Source: Octopus bimaculoides (lineage: Eukaryota). From it: a stretch of 64,000 nucleotides of DNA. Position 1 is the first letter of the stretch. Every line of letters begins with the position of its first letter. The notes below the pieces were generated by a model. That model was given only the letters and a program-made list of their open reading frames with translations. It was not told the origin of the DNA and made no database searches. The position numbers and the translations under genes were made by a program. This document shows positions 1 to 13,799 of this stretch, piece by piece. The DNA lies in the NCBI RefSeq assembly GCF_001194135.2, contig NC_068981.1, forward strand, positions 56,563,180-56,627,179, read 5' to 3'.

Positions 1-926
1 GATAATCCTAAATCTGCATGAAGTTAAATCTGATAAACCTAACCTTTTCTTTCACTTGAACAGTAAGACTTAGACAAATAGAAGCAAATATCTGCTGTTA
101 TCTCTTCCAGAGGCATAAAAAAGTAAGCAACCAGTGACAAACCTCATAACGTAACAACGACACATACTATTAACAATCCTCAGAAATTTTGTATAAAATA
201 TGAGTCACTTTCTTACAATTTTACAATTTTTACTATAGATTAAATGATAGATGGATATATTTCTCTTCAGCCAAAATTGATGAGAGTTTTAATTGTTATA
301 ATTAATCAAGTTTTATATTTAATCGAGTCAAGGGTTGAACCAAGCTTTGTCTACTCTAATTTCAGACCTGATGTTTTACCAGTCTACCTGATAATAGAAA
401 CAATGCCGAAAATCTTAAAAAAAAGAAGTAAAGCACATTTTGAATTCTTCTTTTAAATTTGTGGAGCGATATATTGCAGATTAAAATCTTCGAAACAATA
501 TATAACAAGAAACCAACAAAAGCTGATTTTGTCTGCTATCAAGGAATTCACCTCTAAATGGAAAGAAATACAGCACTATGAGCTGAAAGAAGAATATGGA
601 AAATTATAATTTTTCGATTAGTTTATAAGTCACATTTCCTGGCTTGGGAATATTCACAGTTGCCATAGTTCCCTCTATCTAAAACACACCTTACATTTAT
701 TTATTTTCCTATTGATGAGGCAGAAAGACTTACCTCCGGATATGAAGTTAATTCTTACAGCATAATTCTATTCTATTCTTTGCTAATAATGAAGATTATA
801 TGACGTCGACAGAGGAAATCAACAATAGATACCCAATGGAATTGGTACCGAATTGATTTTATATTTTATATCCCCTGATTATAAAGGTATTTGATGAACA
901 AAAATTAATCTCACTGATATAATTTT

Positions 927-960
<34 letters not shown>

Positions 961-1544
961 NNNNNNNNNNNNNNNNNNNNNNNNNNNNNNNNNNNNNNNN
1001 NNNNNNNNNNNNNNNNNNNNNNNNNNNNNNNNNNNNNNNNNNNNNNNNNNNNNNNNNNNNNNNNNNNNATATATATGCATGTATATATATATATATATTA
1101 AATGATGGATAAATATTTTGTTCGGTAAAATTTGACACAAATAAACGCAACGTATAACACCAGCATTTCTGCTCTGTATCATTGTTTGTTTGTTTTTTAA
1201 TGATAATAATAATTGATAGCCTGGAGAGCAAAAAATATTTTTCTTCGAAGTTTTCAAATTTTGTGGTCTCTGAAATGTTTCATATAACTTTATCTATAAG
1301 ATGAATAAAATACTTCAATTACATTAAAATTTATTTCATGTTCCGTATAATCTAGAAGTTTAAATTGCAATTGTTTACTGAAATTACTGTCGTTTATTAA
1401 AGAGAAAGTAAGAAATGGATATAATAGCATATAAAATTCAGTTATTGATATGGTTAGCACATAAACATCATGGTAAACTTCAGTGAAGCAGTGTCACCCA
1501 ATAAAATATGTTATAATAATATTTATTCTTTTTTATTCTAGGAA

Positions 1545-1725
1545 CGAGGCTTGAAATTTTGGGGGAGGGGGCTAGTCAATTAGACCGATCCGCAGTACGC
1601 AACTGGTACTTAATTTATCGACCCGAAAGGATAAAAGGCAAAGTCGACCTCGGCGGAATTTGAACTCAGAACGTAAAGACAGACAAAATACCGCTAAGTA
1701 TTTCGTCCGGCGTGCTAACATTTCT
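1545..1725 (-). mobile_element. tRNA-derived SINE with Deu/Nin-like central domain (main family in this window)
   Basis: Reverse complement has the A-box region (GTTAGCACG), B-box GAGTTCAAATTCC and a GCCTTT.ATCCTTTCGGGTCGATAAATTAAGTACCAG body. The same sequence recurs more than 10 times in the window. Confidence 0.85.
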
Positions 1726-1732
1726 TATACTT

Positions 1733-1907
1733 CATTGCCCACAAGGGGCTAAACATAGAGGGGACAAACAAGGAGAGACAAAGGGATTAAATCGATTACA
1801 TCGACCCCAGTGCGTAACTGGTACTTAATTTATCGACCTCGAAAGGATGAAAGGCAAAGGCGACCTCGGCGGAATTTAAACTCAGAACGTAACGGCAGAC
1901 GAAATAC
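1733..1907 (-). mobile_element. Second copy of the same SINE family, in tandem and 5'-truncated, with a longer 3' tail
   Basis: ACTGGTACTTAATTTATCGACC..GAAAGGATGAAAGGCAAAG.CGACCTCGGCGGAATTT matches 1600-1680. Confidence 0.85.
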
Positions 1908-2255
1908 TGATGTCTTTATTACCTAAAAAAAGGCTATACAAAGAGTTTTTATAGTACATCACAAAACACATGAAGACAGTACAAAATGCAACAAACACAA
2001 AATCGGGGAACTAAAAATTAAAAAAGCGAATGATAACAATAGAAGAAAAATTAAAATAAAATGATAATATGCAAGAATGAAAAAATGAGGCGCAATGTCC
2101 ACTCGACCCCCGCATCAGGTGGTTACATTTATCCAGTTTTTCACTTTTACTTTAACAATTTTGCAACTCAAAATTTTGAAATATTCTCGTTACTTTTCTC
2201 TCATTAATCACTGTTACTTCCGTCTTTATCAACTGTAAATAATCAGTTCTAGGGG

Positions 2256-3300
2256 ATGGTGCCTCCACCAACCAAACTCGTTTCGTTCTTACAACGGGGC
2301 CGAGGTATCGAGCAGGGTGACCCACATAGTCAAGACCTGGTCTTGGCAGTGGCTATCCCTGAAAGGGAGGGCGGAGGTAGCCAATGTATTCATCGCATCG
2401 GCCATCATCTACCGCCTAACCGTCGTTCCTTGCCCTGATTCGTGGTTGATTAAGCTGGAAAGACAGCTCTTCCGCTTTTTGTGGAAGTGCTCGAAACCGC
2501 TTGTGAGACGCTCTATTTACTGCCAACAACCATTAAAGGGTGGACTTGGGATGTCTTGGCTGTTGATGCGCAGACATGCGCTGAGGTTGAGGCATCTTTG
2601 GCTCTACCTGGATGGTGAACGGGTGTGGTCTCCGCTGGCGAAACAGATGCTTCCCAAGTTCACTAGTTTCAGTGGATGGAAAACCTGGTTGAATCGAAGA
2701 TCGAAGTTGAGTACATGGTATACGGAGTGTCGCAAGGCACTCCTGCAATTCCGTCGCTCGGGTAATGCCTGCGGTGGGGGTTCCACCGCATTCTTCTATA
2801 GAGGGCTTGTAGAGGCGAAATGTGATGATCCCTTAGGGAAAACCCTAGGTCTCGACGATAATCAACTGGCCAGTCTGTTCCGACGTACATTCGAGCTAAA
2901 GACCCTGGATAACTTTCAGAAGTCTCTGGCATGACATTGTTACCGAGAAGCCTTACCTGTTCGGGACAAACTCGCTATTGTACAATGTTCGGAGGTGTCA
3001 GTTGTGTGGGTATGTGCTGAACAACTGTTGTCAGGTACAGGAAGACTACAGCTATCGACTGAGTCTATAGTAAAAATTAACCTCTCGAAAGACGGTAAGA
3101 TTTGTTTTCTCACTGTGGGAGCAATTGCGAGAGAGGTAATTTGGAGAACGAGGATGAAAGGGTTAAAGTCGGGCATTTTCATCTCTGGCTCTGCATTGGT
3201 GAATTATTTCATCTTCCATCTTAAAAGGAAAATAGAGCTAGAGATGAAATGCTGACTGCGAAAACGTTTGAGAGTCGATGGAAGAATGTAGCGCGAATGT
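2256..3300 (+). mobile_element. L1/Tx1-clade LINE ORF2 C-terminal fragment (post-RT thumb to zinc-finger region), decayed
   Basis: ORF 2317-2934 WLSLKGRAEVANVFIAS..YRLTVVPCP..FRFLW..GGLG, then DNFQKSLA*HCYREALPVRDKL, which is typical of L1/Tx1 ORF2. Contains stops and frameshifts. Confidence 0.85.
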
Positions 3301-3305
3301 TTTAT

Positions 3306-4340
3306 TTATTTTATTGTGTTAAATTTTTGTTCTTTCATCCGTTTTTTCTGACCCCAAAAATCAGAATGTATTGTCCCCTCTATGTTGGCCCCTTGTGGGA
3401 AATAAAGAAAATAAACTCGTTTCGTTCTTACATTCTCATCAAATTCTTTTATGTACTCCCAGTAGTTTTCCTCATGTATCAAAATGCATTTCTCAGCACA
3501 AGTTTCCGGCACTTTCACTCTTATTATTTCCTTCAACTTCACGATCTTTCTGTCAATCTCCTCGTTCTCGTATTTTATCAAAACCCCTTTGTATTTCACA
3601 TCTTTATCCGTTCTCTTCTCCTCTTGTACATTATTAGTTTCTGGCTTTCCTACCTCTTTTTTATTCTCTGTTGACCGTTCCTTTGACTTATGGCCTCTCT
3701 CCCACATGGCCTCTCTCCCACATGGCCTCTCTCCCACATGGCCTCTCTCCCACATATGTAACAGTTTGGCTGTCTTCCTTCAACTACGACATTTAATGTC
3801 CTCTCGTCCTCTACTTCAATCTATGTCCTCGAATGTGGCGAAAAGTCACATTTCGAATCCAAATCCCCATCAGTTGCGCATGTTTGTTTCTGCTACTGGT
3901 CCCAATTCCGGATCCTCCTTGGTTGCAGCCAGAACTGTTACAACCAACCACTCCGGTTTAATTTTCTGGTAGCACTCTCGGAATACGTTTTCTCACACTT
4001 CTTCCTCTATAACTTGGTAGTAATGCTATTTTTTGTGTTTTTAAAATAGTGGTCGCATGCTTGGTTGCCTCTTCTATGGTGACAAACCTCACCTCAACCG
4101 TACCGAACTTTCTTCCTCTGCTGATGTACGTAGCTTCATTCACAATTTCACCCAGGCACTCCTCGATTTCCTCTTCCGTCACCATTTCAATTTTACTGGT
4201 CTCGACAGCCTGTGCACGATACACAACTGTCCTCATAATTTTATCTTCCTTGGTCTTTTTGGAGTGGGGGACAATTTGTATGAATCTCCCTCAAATTCCT
4301 GCTTCTGCCCACAGTTTGAATTCGTCAACTACACAGACTA
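3306..4340 (-). mobile_element. Gag-like/ORF1 remnant of a non-LTR retrotransposon (RRM-like N-terminus plus degenerate CCHC knuckle)
   Basis: ORF 3958-4236 (..RGRKFGTVEVRF..LLPSYRGR..). A frameshifted C-Y-I-C-G-E-R-G-H-K-S-K-E-(R) knuckle lies at about 3680-3770, followed by a charged tail. Confidence 0.6.
3691..3754 (+). repeat. 16-bp tandem repeat TGGCCTCTCTCCCACA x4
   Basis: Four perfect copies at 3691, 3707, 3723 and 3739. Confidence 0.97.
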
Positions 4341-4386
4341 CACATTTATGATCTGTACGGTTGACCTAGATAGGCTCTATAGGTAA

Positions 4387-6450
4387 GGATCCGGATACTG
4401 GAAACCGAACGCATCCTTCCCTGTGCGTCAACCTTTCAGAGACCGGCTTAGAAAGTTAGTCCATCGAAAATTAACGAGTGTAGTGGTCAACAACCGATGG
4501 TGGTGGTGGGGGCCTAAAATGGACAATTAGACAAGAAGCTGTAGAATTTAGCAGAGAACTAGCGGTAGAGAAGACAAGAGTAGAGGATGACCGAGTTAGG
4601 AAATTAGAAGAGGCACTCAGTAGAAGCATAGCGAGCTACATGCTGGCAGCTAGATTAGTTCTGAACCAATTCTTCAACACCAAGCATGACGGTTGCATTG
4701 TCAGAGCTAGGGCTCGTACTCGAAAGCATGAGTAAACGAAAGCCGCTCGATGGGTTCGGGTGGCCGAGGTGCAAAGTGGTAATAAAGCTACAATTCGGTC
4801 TTTGAGGGGTCGAGACGGGCGCATGCTACACGAGTCGAAGCAGGTTTGTGCAGAATTTCAGCGGCACTTTGCTGAACTGTACGGGGCACGCGGTGATCCG
4901 GAGGTGAACTTCACTTCCTACCTTGATGGTATGCTGCGACTTTCGACTAGTGAGGAGGAGTTCTGCGAAATGCCAATAACAGCTGAAGATATACGTGACG
5001 CGTTGGCGAGTTGCACGGGAAGAGGTCTCCGGGATTGGATGGTCTTCCCTTCGAGCTTTATATACATAAGCCAGACTTTTTTGGTGAGCTTTTGGGAGAC
5101 GTCTACCGCAACTGATAGCAGAATGGGAGATTACCCGGATCTGTGAGCCGGGGTGTGGTGACGCTACTGAGAAAGGTTCCGAATCAAAGGGAACATTCTT
5201 GATATCTTTAGGCCGGTAACTCTGCTAAATACAGATTACAAAATTTTGACCAAGGTGTTAGCAAAGAGGTTGGCGCTTGTTATTGACAGACTGGTAGGTG
5301 ATGCGCAGACTTGCGCTCTCCTCAGCAGAACTATACACGACAACCTCCACCTCACGTGATCCAACATTGAAAGGGTTGGTAAAGAACCTGGCATGGGTAG
5401 TGCCTTGATCCATTTTGATCAATCAAAAGCTTTTGATAGGGTCGACCATCTGTACTTGGAGGCTGTCCTCAAGGCGTCTGGTTTCAGTCCGGTTTTCAGA
5501 GGCTAAATCGCTGCAATGTACAGCGATATCTATTCGGTGGTCAAAGTAAATGGTCACCTCACGGAATTGTTTGGTATCACACGTTCGGTCCATCAAGGAT
5601 GCTCACTCACACCCCTTCTCTACGTACTGGCGCTCAAGCCATTACTGCGGAAGCTGGCGGTTTCGAGGGGAATCCTGTGTGAACTGGGATGTGGAAGGTT
5701 CATGTTGGCGTATACGGACGACATCACCGTGATAGTTTCGACATCTCGGAAATGGAGATGGTCGGCACTACCCTGAGGGAATATGAAGCGGTGACAGGAG
5801 CAATGATCAATCAGGAGAAGTCAGTGGGCCTGCAGCTCGGCACCTAGAGACGCAGGCTCATGCCAACCGATAGCGTAGTGGGCACTGGACGGAAGGACCT
5901 GTTAAGTTGCTCGGGGTCTGGTTCGGTCCGAATCTCCAAGTGGACAAGAACTGAGGCTAGTTGACAGAGAGGGTGGCCAGTCTCACCAAGAAATGGGCCT
6001 AGAGGAAACTGTCCTTGAAAGGTCAGGTGGAGGTGGCGAATACATACATCGCATCCGTCATATACTACCGCCTGACTGTCGTCCCTTGCCCCGTTTCGTG
6101 GTTGAACGGGCTGGAGAATTTGCTCTTCTGCTTCCTGTGGAAGGGACAAGTACACTTGTTAGATGGTCCACCCGTTGCATGGAGTACTAGGCATTCCGTG
6201 GCTTGCGATCCGTTGAGGCTGCGACATTCCGTGGTTTAGTATATGCGTTGAGACTGCGAAATCTCTAGCGATACCTTAACGGTGAGTAGATGTGGTCGCT
6301 GTTTGTTGAACGCGCTTTTCCGAAGCTCGTCTCCTTGACGGAGCTACAGTCCTGGATCAGGCGTAGACCGACGCAGGGTGCTTGGCAGTTGGAGGCAGGG
6401 TGCTTGGCACTTGGAGTGTCTCACAGCCTTCGCCCAGGGTATTTTGTTGG
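4387..6450 (+). mobile_element. L1/Tx1-clade LINE ORF2 (end of APE endonuclease, full RT, thumb), pseudogenised
   Basis: GSGYWKPNAS (GxGYWKLN motif); SPGLDGLPFE; FRPVTLLNTDYKILTKVLAKRL; DQSKAFDRVDH; HQGCSLTPLLY; YTDD (YADD-like); SLKGQVEVANTYIASVIYYRLTVVPCP. Multiple frameshifts and stops. Confidence 0.93.
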
Positions 6451-6454
6451 GTAT

Positions 6455-6960
6455 TTCTAAAGTTTCCAGATGTTTTTTCAGGTTGAGTAGTATTAAGCCT
6501 AATGCTCCGATTACAATAGGGACAGACTTTATGTTTGATTCTCGGAGCTATCACATCTTGGCAATTTTAATTCCAAGGTTTCCATATTTATCAATCTTTT
6601 CTCTTTCTTCCATGATAATATGTTGATCTCCTGGCATTGCCACATCGATTATCAAGCACTCGTGTTTGTATCTCCTAAAGGTTGCTATATCCAGCATTCG
6701 GTGCTCTACCACCTTGTCCGACTGGAAGTCAAAGTCCCAGAGGATTTTTGCCTTCTCCTTTTCGTTCATTACCTTTTCCGGTGTATGTTGGTACCAAGCA
6801 CCCATTACCTCTTATTCATACTTCTGCCATTGTAGCCAGGGAAGGTTTTGGGTACCTTGTCGTGTTGCGCTTGTACTCTTTCTGCGCAAGATTTTTCTGC
6901 GCATGATCTTTCTTTTGTGGTTGGGTCATTGATGACCTCTTTCTAGCATACTGGATGTCC
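6455..6960 (-). mobile_element. R4/Dong-clade non-LTR retrotransposon fragment (restriction-like endonuclease, RLE)
   Basis: AQKEYKR..HDKV; WYQHTPEKV..KILWDFDFQSDKVVEHRMLDI...CLIIDVAMPGD..EKIDKYGNL, a PD-(D/E)xK RLE signature. Confidence 0.88.
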
Positions 6961-6987
6961 ACCTAGTGATCATCCCTTCTTATACGC

Positions 6988-7033
<46 letters not shown>

Positions 7034-7769
7034 NNNNNNNNNNNNNNNNNNNNNNNNNNNNNNNNNNNNNNNNNNNNNNNNNNNNNNNNNNNNNNNNNNN
7101 NNNNNNNNNNNNNNNNNNNNNNNNNNNNNNNNNNNNNNNNNNNNNNNNNNNNNNNNNNNNNNNNNNNNNNNNNNNNNNNNNNNNNNNNNNNNNNNNNNNN
7201 NNNNNNNNNNNNNNNNNNNNNNNNNNNNNNNNNNNNNNNNNNNNNNNNNNNNNNNNNNNNNNNNNNNNNNNNNNNNNNNNNNNNNNNNNNNNNNNNNNNN
7301 NNNNNNNNNNNNNNNNNNNNNNNNNNNNNNNNNNNNNNNNNNNNNNNNNNNNNNNNNNNNNNNNNNNNNNNNNNNNNNNNNNNNNNNNNNNNNNNNNNNN
7401 NNNNNNNNNNNNNNNNNNNNNNNNNNNNNNNNNNNNNNNNNNNNNNNNNNNNNNNNNNNNNNNNNNNNNNNNNNNNNNNNNNNNNNNNNNNNNNNNNNNN
7501 NNNNNNNNNNNNNNNNNNNNNNNNNNNNNNNNNNNNNNNNNNNNNNNNNNNNNNNNNNNNNNNNNNNNNNNNNNNNNNNNNNNNNNNNNNNNNNNNNNNN
7601 NNNNNNNNNNNNNNNNNNNNNNNNNNNNNNNNNNNNNNNNNNNNNNNNNNNNNNNNNNNNNNNNNNNNNNNNNNNNNNNNNNNNNNNGTGTGTGTCTGCG
7701 TGTATGCGCGCGCGCGTGCGTGTGTATATATGTATGTATGTATATATATATAGTGACTATTTACAAAAC

Positions 7770-7990
7770 AACAAAAGACGAAGACGAGTGTGTAAACAAC
7801 AAACAGATGTATTAGTTTAACGCTCGGGAAGTGAAAGTCTTTTAGGTTTCGAGCCTACGCTCTTCGACAAAAGGAACATAGAAATAGACAGGGAGAGAAA
7901 ATAGAAAAAGGTTTAGTGGCTAGCGATCTATCATGGCGAATGCCGGACGAGGGGTCACAGAGATGTGGAAGAGGTGAAGAAAAAAAACGA
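7770..7990 (-). repeat. Dispersed repeat, probably a Penelope-like terminus, carrying a hammerhead-like fold. Related copy at 46820-46990.
   Basis: TTTCGAGCCTACGCTCTTCGACA...GCTAGCGATCTATCATGGCGA matches TTTCGAGTCTACGCTCGTCAACA...GCTAGCGGTCAATCATGGCGA at 46.84-46.93 kb. Confidence 0.6.
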
Positions 7991-8024
7991 CGGAGGCGTT
8001 AAAAGCCATCACATCGCAAGAGTT

Positions 8025-8124
8025 CCAGTATTGCTTCAGATAGTGGAAAGCATAAACATGTCATAAAACTAAATGAATAAAGCAATATTGCAAAATTCCG
8101 GTTTCTTTTGGGTATACCCTCGTG
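8025..8124 (+). mobile_element. Mariner 3' end remnant (transposase tail plus TIR)
   Basis: ..CCGGTTTCTTTTGGGTATACCCTCGTG resembles a TACGAGGG-type mariner terminal inverted repeat (TIR), preceded by IASDSGK (CIAxxGxY-like). Confidence 0.5.
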
Positions 8125-8137
8125 TACATACACACAC

Positions 8138-8188
<51 letters not shown>

Positions 8189-9892
8189 TGTGAGAGCGTG
8201 TATAAACTTTTCAGTTCCGGGACGAGACTGAGCAGATTTTTTGCTATAATAAACATATCTATCCAATCTACTCAGTGTATTGATTTCTATAGTAGATAAT
8301 GTTTGAACCATGTTAAATACATTTTAAATGCATTTAACACACATACACACGTGTATGTGTGTGTACACGCTGTCGTTAGGAGTTGGAGGTGTTATTACTA
8401 CAGTATTTGTGAATAAATTTCTTGTAATTTACAAGAATATTTGAGAAAGTTAAATGAATGCAAGAAGTGTTCCTTTACGTTTATTCACAAAGGATCTTTG
8501 TTCGTATTATGCTTTAATATTTTTCTTTTCTGTAGGAACCAAAAAGTAAAACATTGTGTATTCGCCACGGAATATCTTGTTAATTAAAATATATGGATTT
8601 TCAACTGTGCTTAAATAATTGAGACCAGTAGTACTTATTTTCATTTATTCATTTATTTATTTCTATAGTAACTAAAGGAGAGTTATCATATGTTTCTTAT
8701 ACGTTTCCCTTAACTGCTGGGAGCAAATGATTATTGTGAGTATCTAACCATTCCTTTAGGTTCGCTAACGAGAAGCTGTATGGATACATATTTCCAAAAG
8801 CAATATTTTCTGTCAATTTGTTATTTAAAGCGAGAAAAAAAAAGGAGTTAAATAATACTTTAGTCAATGTTCAACACATTTACAATGATTCTTCAACGGG
8901 TTGTGATGAAGACTATAGGGTACGAAATAAATTTGTGTCGAACTGAGCACACCACTGATTTTAAATCGCCATCACCGATTCAAATATTTTCCTGATACAG
9001 CTGTTTATAACCGTGATCTCACTAGCTCCCATTACTTATAAGCAAAACAGCTTCTATGGCGTTTCTCGTGCTTCTAGAAATCGTAGTAAATTAATTTCAA
9101 ATCATATCCCATTATCGTAAAAACAGAAAAGACATATATGATAGTGTTATCTGTGATACAGCTGGTTCATAAAGGAAGGATGTTCACGGCTTGAATTCCG
9201 GCAATCATAGGTCTTTTCTATCGGGGCTGATTCGATCTCAACAACAATAACAATCTCATTTTCCCTAAAAACAAAAGTTGTGTCGATTCAAATAGAAGCC
9301 AATATTTCTTTATTAATTTGCATATTTTACCGATAAATATCAGTAGACAATCACGCGCATTCACTCACGGTTATACATGTGCATGTTCAAGTTAACACAA
9401 AACACACGCTCATACGCTCACTCATTCACGCTCTCCCTCTCTCTTTCACAAAGACACAATATCTCCCTCATGCGCACACAGATTAATTCACACGTACAGT
9501 CTTGCAATCATCCATTTTCAGAGAGAAAGAGAGAGAGAAGAGGGGAAAGTAGGGATTGAGAGAGAGTGAAAGATAGAGGGGGAACGAGGGATAAACAGAG
9601 AGAGAGGGAGAAGGTAGGGAGGTGAAAAGAAAGCAATAGACAAATTTTTCAAAACTGCATGAAATTGTACTTCCTATACTTTAATCAGGAATTAGACATA
9701 ATTATAAGTATAGTATTGATAAGTAAGATTACACTGTCCCATATTACATTAGCTTTATATTTTGAAGAGAGTTATTGAAATAAATGAGCCTGGAGAGGGT
9801 TATAGACTGAAACTCTGTAAAATGTTTAGAAATACGACTCACTTTTCTGTCTTTAAACCACAAACATTAATCATATATAAACTTTCCGCCAT

Positions 9893-10575
<683 letters not shown>

Positions 10576-11323
10576 GAATTCATCTTTCCAGTTATATCAT
10601 TTTTTCGCTTAGGAGTGGTGCATATTCCACACTACAAGATGTAGTGACGAATCATATTGGCTGCAGTGTATCATTCTGAACATATTGCTTGTTCTCTCCA
10701 CTGTCTACTCGTTCTTGAATGCTCGGAGATTCTTGATGCATTGTTTCAGTAGATAAAACATACTCGATCAAAGCGCAACGGTTGCTGTCTCTTTGCAATT
10801 ATTGCTGATGATATTTGAGGACATTGAGGTTGCTCATGTTGTAGCTATTTTTGTGTATGTACTTCTCTGTCTAGATGGATTGAGAGAGATAGTGTTTTTA
10901 GGATGCTAATGTTCTAGCGAGTTGTATACGTGAGTGGGTGTTTGTAGTTGTTTTCATTTAGTGACAGAAGCTGCAGGGGTGTAAGATGCCAGCAGTAGCA
11001 AACTGTCCTACAACCTTTCCTTTTTAATATATTTGTTTTGTAAGGCGACGAGCTGGCAGAAAAGCGTATGTAACATAGGGTACCCAGGAATATTATCTAA
11101 AATTAATAGAATTTTGAAGATAGATACCTTTTTCTAGTAGAACATATATAAATTGAAACTCAATCTTCAAAAAGTGCGTTGGTCACCCATGCTTTGTTAT
11201 AACCGCTAACAGTCTTGGTATGTTGAATGTGATACACAAACACAGTTTTAATTTTAAGTCACCTTCCTCATTTTCTATCAGTCGATATGGCAAGCAATAT
11301 TTTGGTATTTTAAAACAGTATTG

Positions 11324-11426
<103 letters not shown>

Positions 11427-12342
11427 ACAAATTACTCTTTCATTGAATTCATTTCCATGCCTATTCCAATACTGATATTATTTGTTCGTTAAGATAAATC
11501 TTCTCTTTGATCATTTCACTGAAAACGTTAGGATACTTTTTCTCCGGCATTTTTCTTTGTACTTCAACCAGCCTTACTTGTTGCTTGAATGTTGTGAATT
11601 CGTAGTCAAATCTGAATCTCTAAAGCTGACCAGAACTAGTAGTAAAAATTTCTTCAGTTTATACAAGAATGTAATTTTCTTTTGTCATCTTTTCATTAAA
11701 TGCAGTGAAGATGCTTACAACTTTCATTTTAACAGTTATGGTGCTTAGGGAATTTGTTTTTGGCTGCAATCATTCATCCCCAAACAGAAGAAAAAACATT
11801 CCATTTGCATTATGATTCAAAATTTTCTTTATTTTTGCGTACCTGGAGATGATGCAGATTTATCCCTCGTTTTATAGTCATGTATGTTTCTTCTAATTTT
11901 TAAAATTGTTATATCATTCATTCCCACGTCTCTCACGTTTGACTTTACTGTCTCCAAGTTCATGTCTTTTTATAACTTCCAATTTGCCATTTTGTGATAT
12001 TTTCTTCATCTCAACGTCAACACTTTTTGCCAGTCTTTTCATACTTTGGTTAGATTATATAATGTATTTTGTTATAACTTGCTAAGCTAACCAAAGTTAC
12101 ACCAGCCACTTTATATAAAAACATTTATGCAAAGACAGATACAGTGGAATATTACAATTCAAATGGCAGCTAATCTCCCGTACAAAAATTGTTACCAAAT
12201 GAATTGTTTGCATGCATTGTTTTCTCAGATGTGATCTTTGTTAACTTGTTCTCTCCATACATCTGTTTACTGTGAATGCATACATTTTATTCGGTATAAA
12301 GCATATAAATTCAAGAAATGTGCGACTTGAAACAGAGTTAAT

Positions 12343-12433
<91 letters not shown>

Positions 12434-12483
12434 CGGCAACAGCAGTGGTGATAGTAGCAGCAACGCAGCAGCACAGCAGCAAC

Positions 12484-12555
<72 letters not shown>

Positions 12556-12572
12556 TGTTGTTGTTGTTGTTA
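12343..12572. repeat. (TAG)n interrupted by CAG-rich units, ending in (TTG)n
   Basis: Visible directly. It explains the poly-V/poly-S/poly-Y/poly-T ORFs. Confidence 0.97.
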
Positions 12573-12769
12573 CGGTGCGCTTTCAGTAATTGTTTCGATT
12601 CTATATTGAACTTCAGAAATTATCGAAAGATATGTTAGTGTAAATGTCTTTGTATCAAGAATAATTATCTCTAAATAAAGTGAATGGTCTAAGCTGCAAC
12701 AAAATACATTAATATAATCTAACCTCGTATATTAAAAAAAAAAGCTGGCAAAAAGAAGTTCTAGTGTTA

Positions 12770-12913
<144 letters not shown>

Positions 12914-13109
12914 AAGTTTCATATCGTAAATTATAAATTAAAGGTATCCTCATTTACTGTCCACGAAGACACTACTTTTGAAGGCGCTAATACTAAATTT
13001 GCAGATGTGACGCATTCTTCCTGCTAGTTTGATGAACAGAATACTGATGCGATAATACTGTTTTATTTCAAAGAATTACTGTAATACAGAATATATCTTT
13101 AACGATGTT

Positions 13110-13300
13110 TGTACCCCACCTTCTCACCGAATAACAACCGGTGTGTTTACGATCCCGTAAGTTAGCGGTTCGGCGAAAGACGTCAATAGAATAAGTACCA
13201 GTACTTTAAGACGTAAGTTCTATGGTCGATGCATTCGACGAAAATTCTTCAAGGCGGTGCCCCAGCATGGCTGCAGTCTAATCACTGAAACATTTAAAAG
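13110..13300 (+). mobile_element. 3' half of a composite SINE family (..AAGGCGGTGC.CCAGCATGGC.GCAGTC..ACTGAAACA tail)
   Basis: Matches the reverse complements at 14745-14960, 26690-26900 and 59745-59915. Confidence 0.7.
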
Positions 13301-13799
13301 ATAAAAGATACAAATACACACATACACACACACATACACACATACACACACACATACATACATATATACATACATACAAAAATGGCCCGGAGATGGAAAC
13401 TTTTAGCATTACCTCTGTATTGTACGTTTTTTTTGTTCAGACATTTTACAGACTTAAAACTATATTTATTGATTCTAGAATGATTTGAACACACACGTAT
13501 ATATTAAATCTTGCGTTAGATATACGGTATTGTTCCTGTGGTCTTCCACCCTTATATATCCATACATACATACATACATACATACATACATACAAGACTA
13601 CCGATCCAATCCACCACTGGAACTGTAAAAATCTGTAAAAATTTCCAGAAGTTTTTCATTTAAGTATAAATGAGCATGTCTAGATATGCAAATATATGTA
13701 TGAGAAGATATACATAAAGCGAAAGGTACAAATCTGCACGTATACATACATACATACATACATACATACATACATACATACATACATACATAGAGTGAC

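Noticed and set aside
1908-2250. Minus-strand LINE 3' UTR with AATAAA at 1915-1920
   Set aside because: T-rich and plausible, but there is no coding part or second copy to assign it to.
6966-7820. Long ORFs spanning N runs (also 16155-16712, 17052-18212, 25365-26046, 46149-46585, 48994-49738)
   Set aside because: They are open only because of Ns and dinucleotide repeats.
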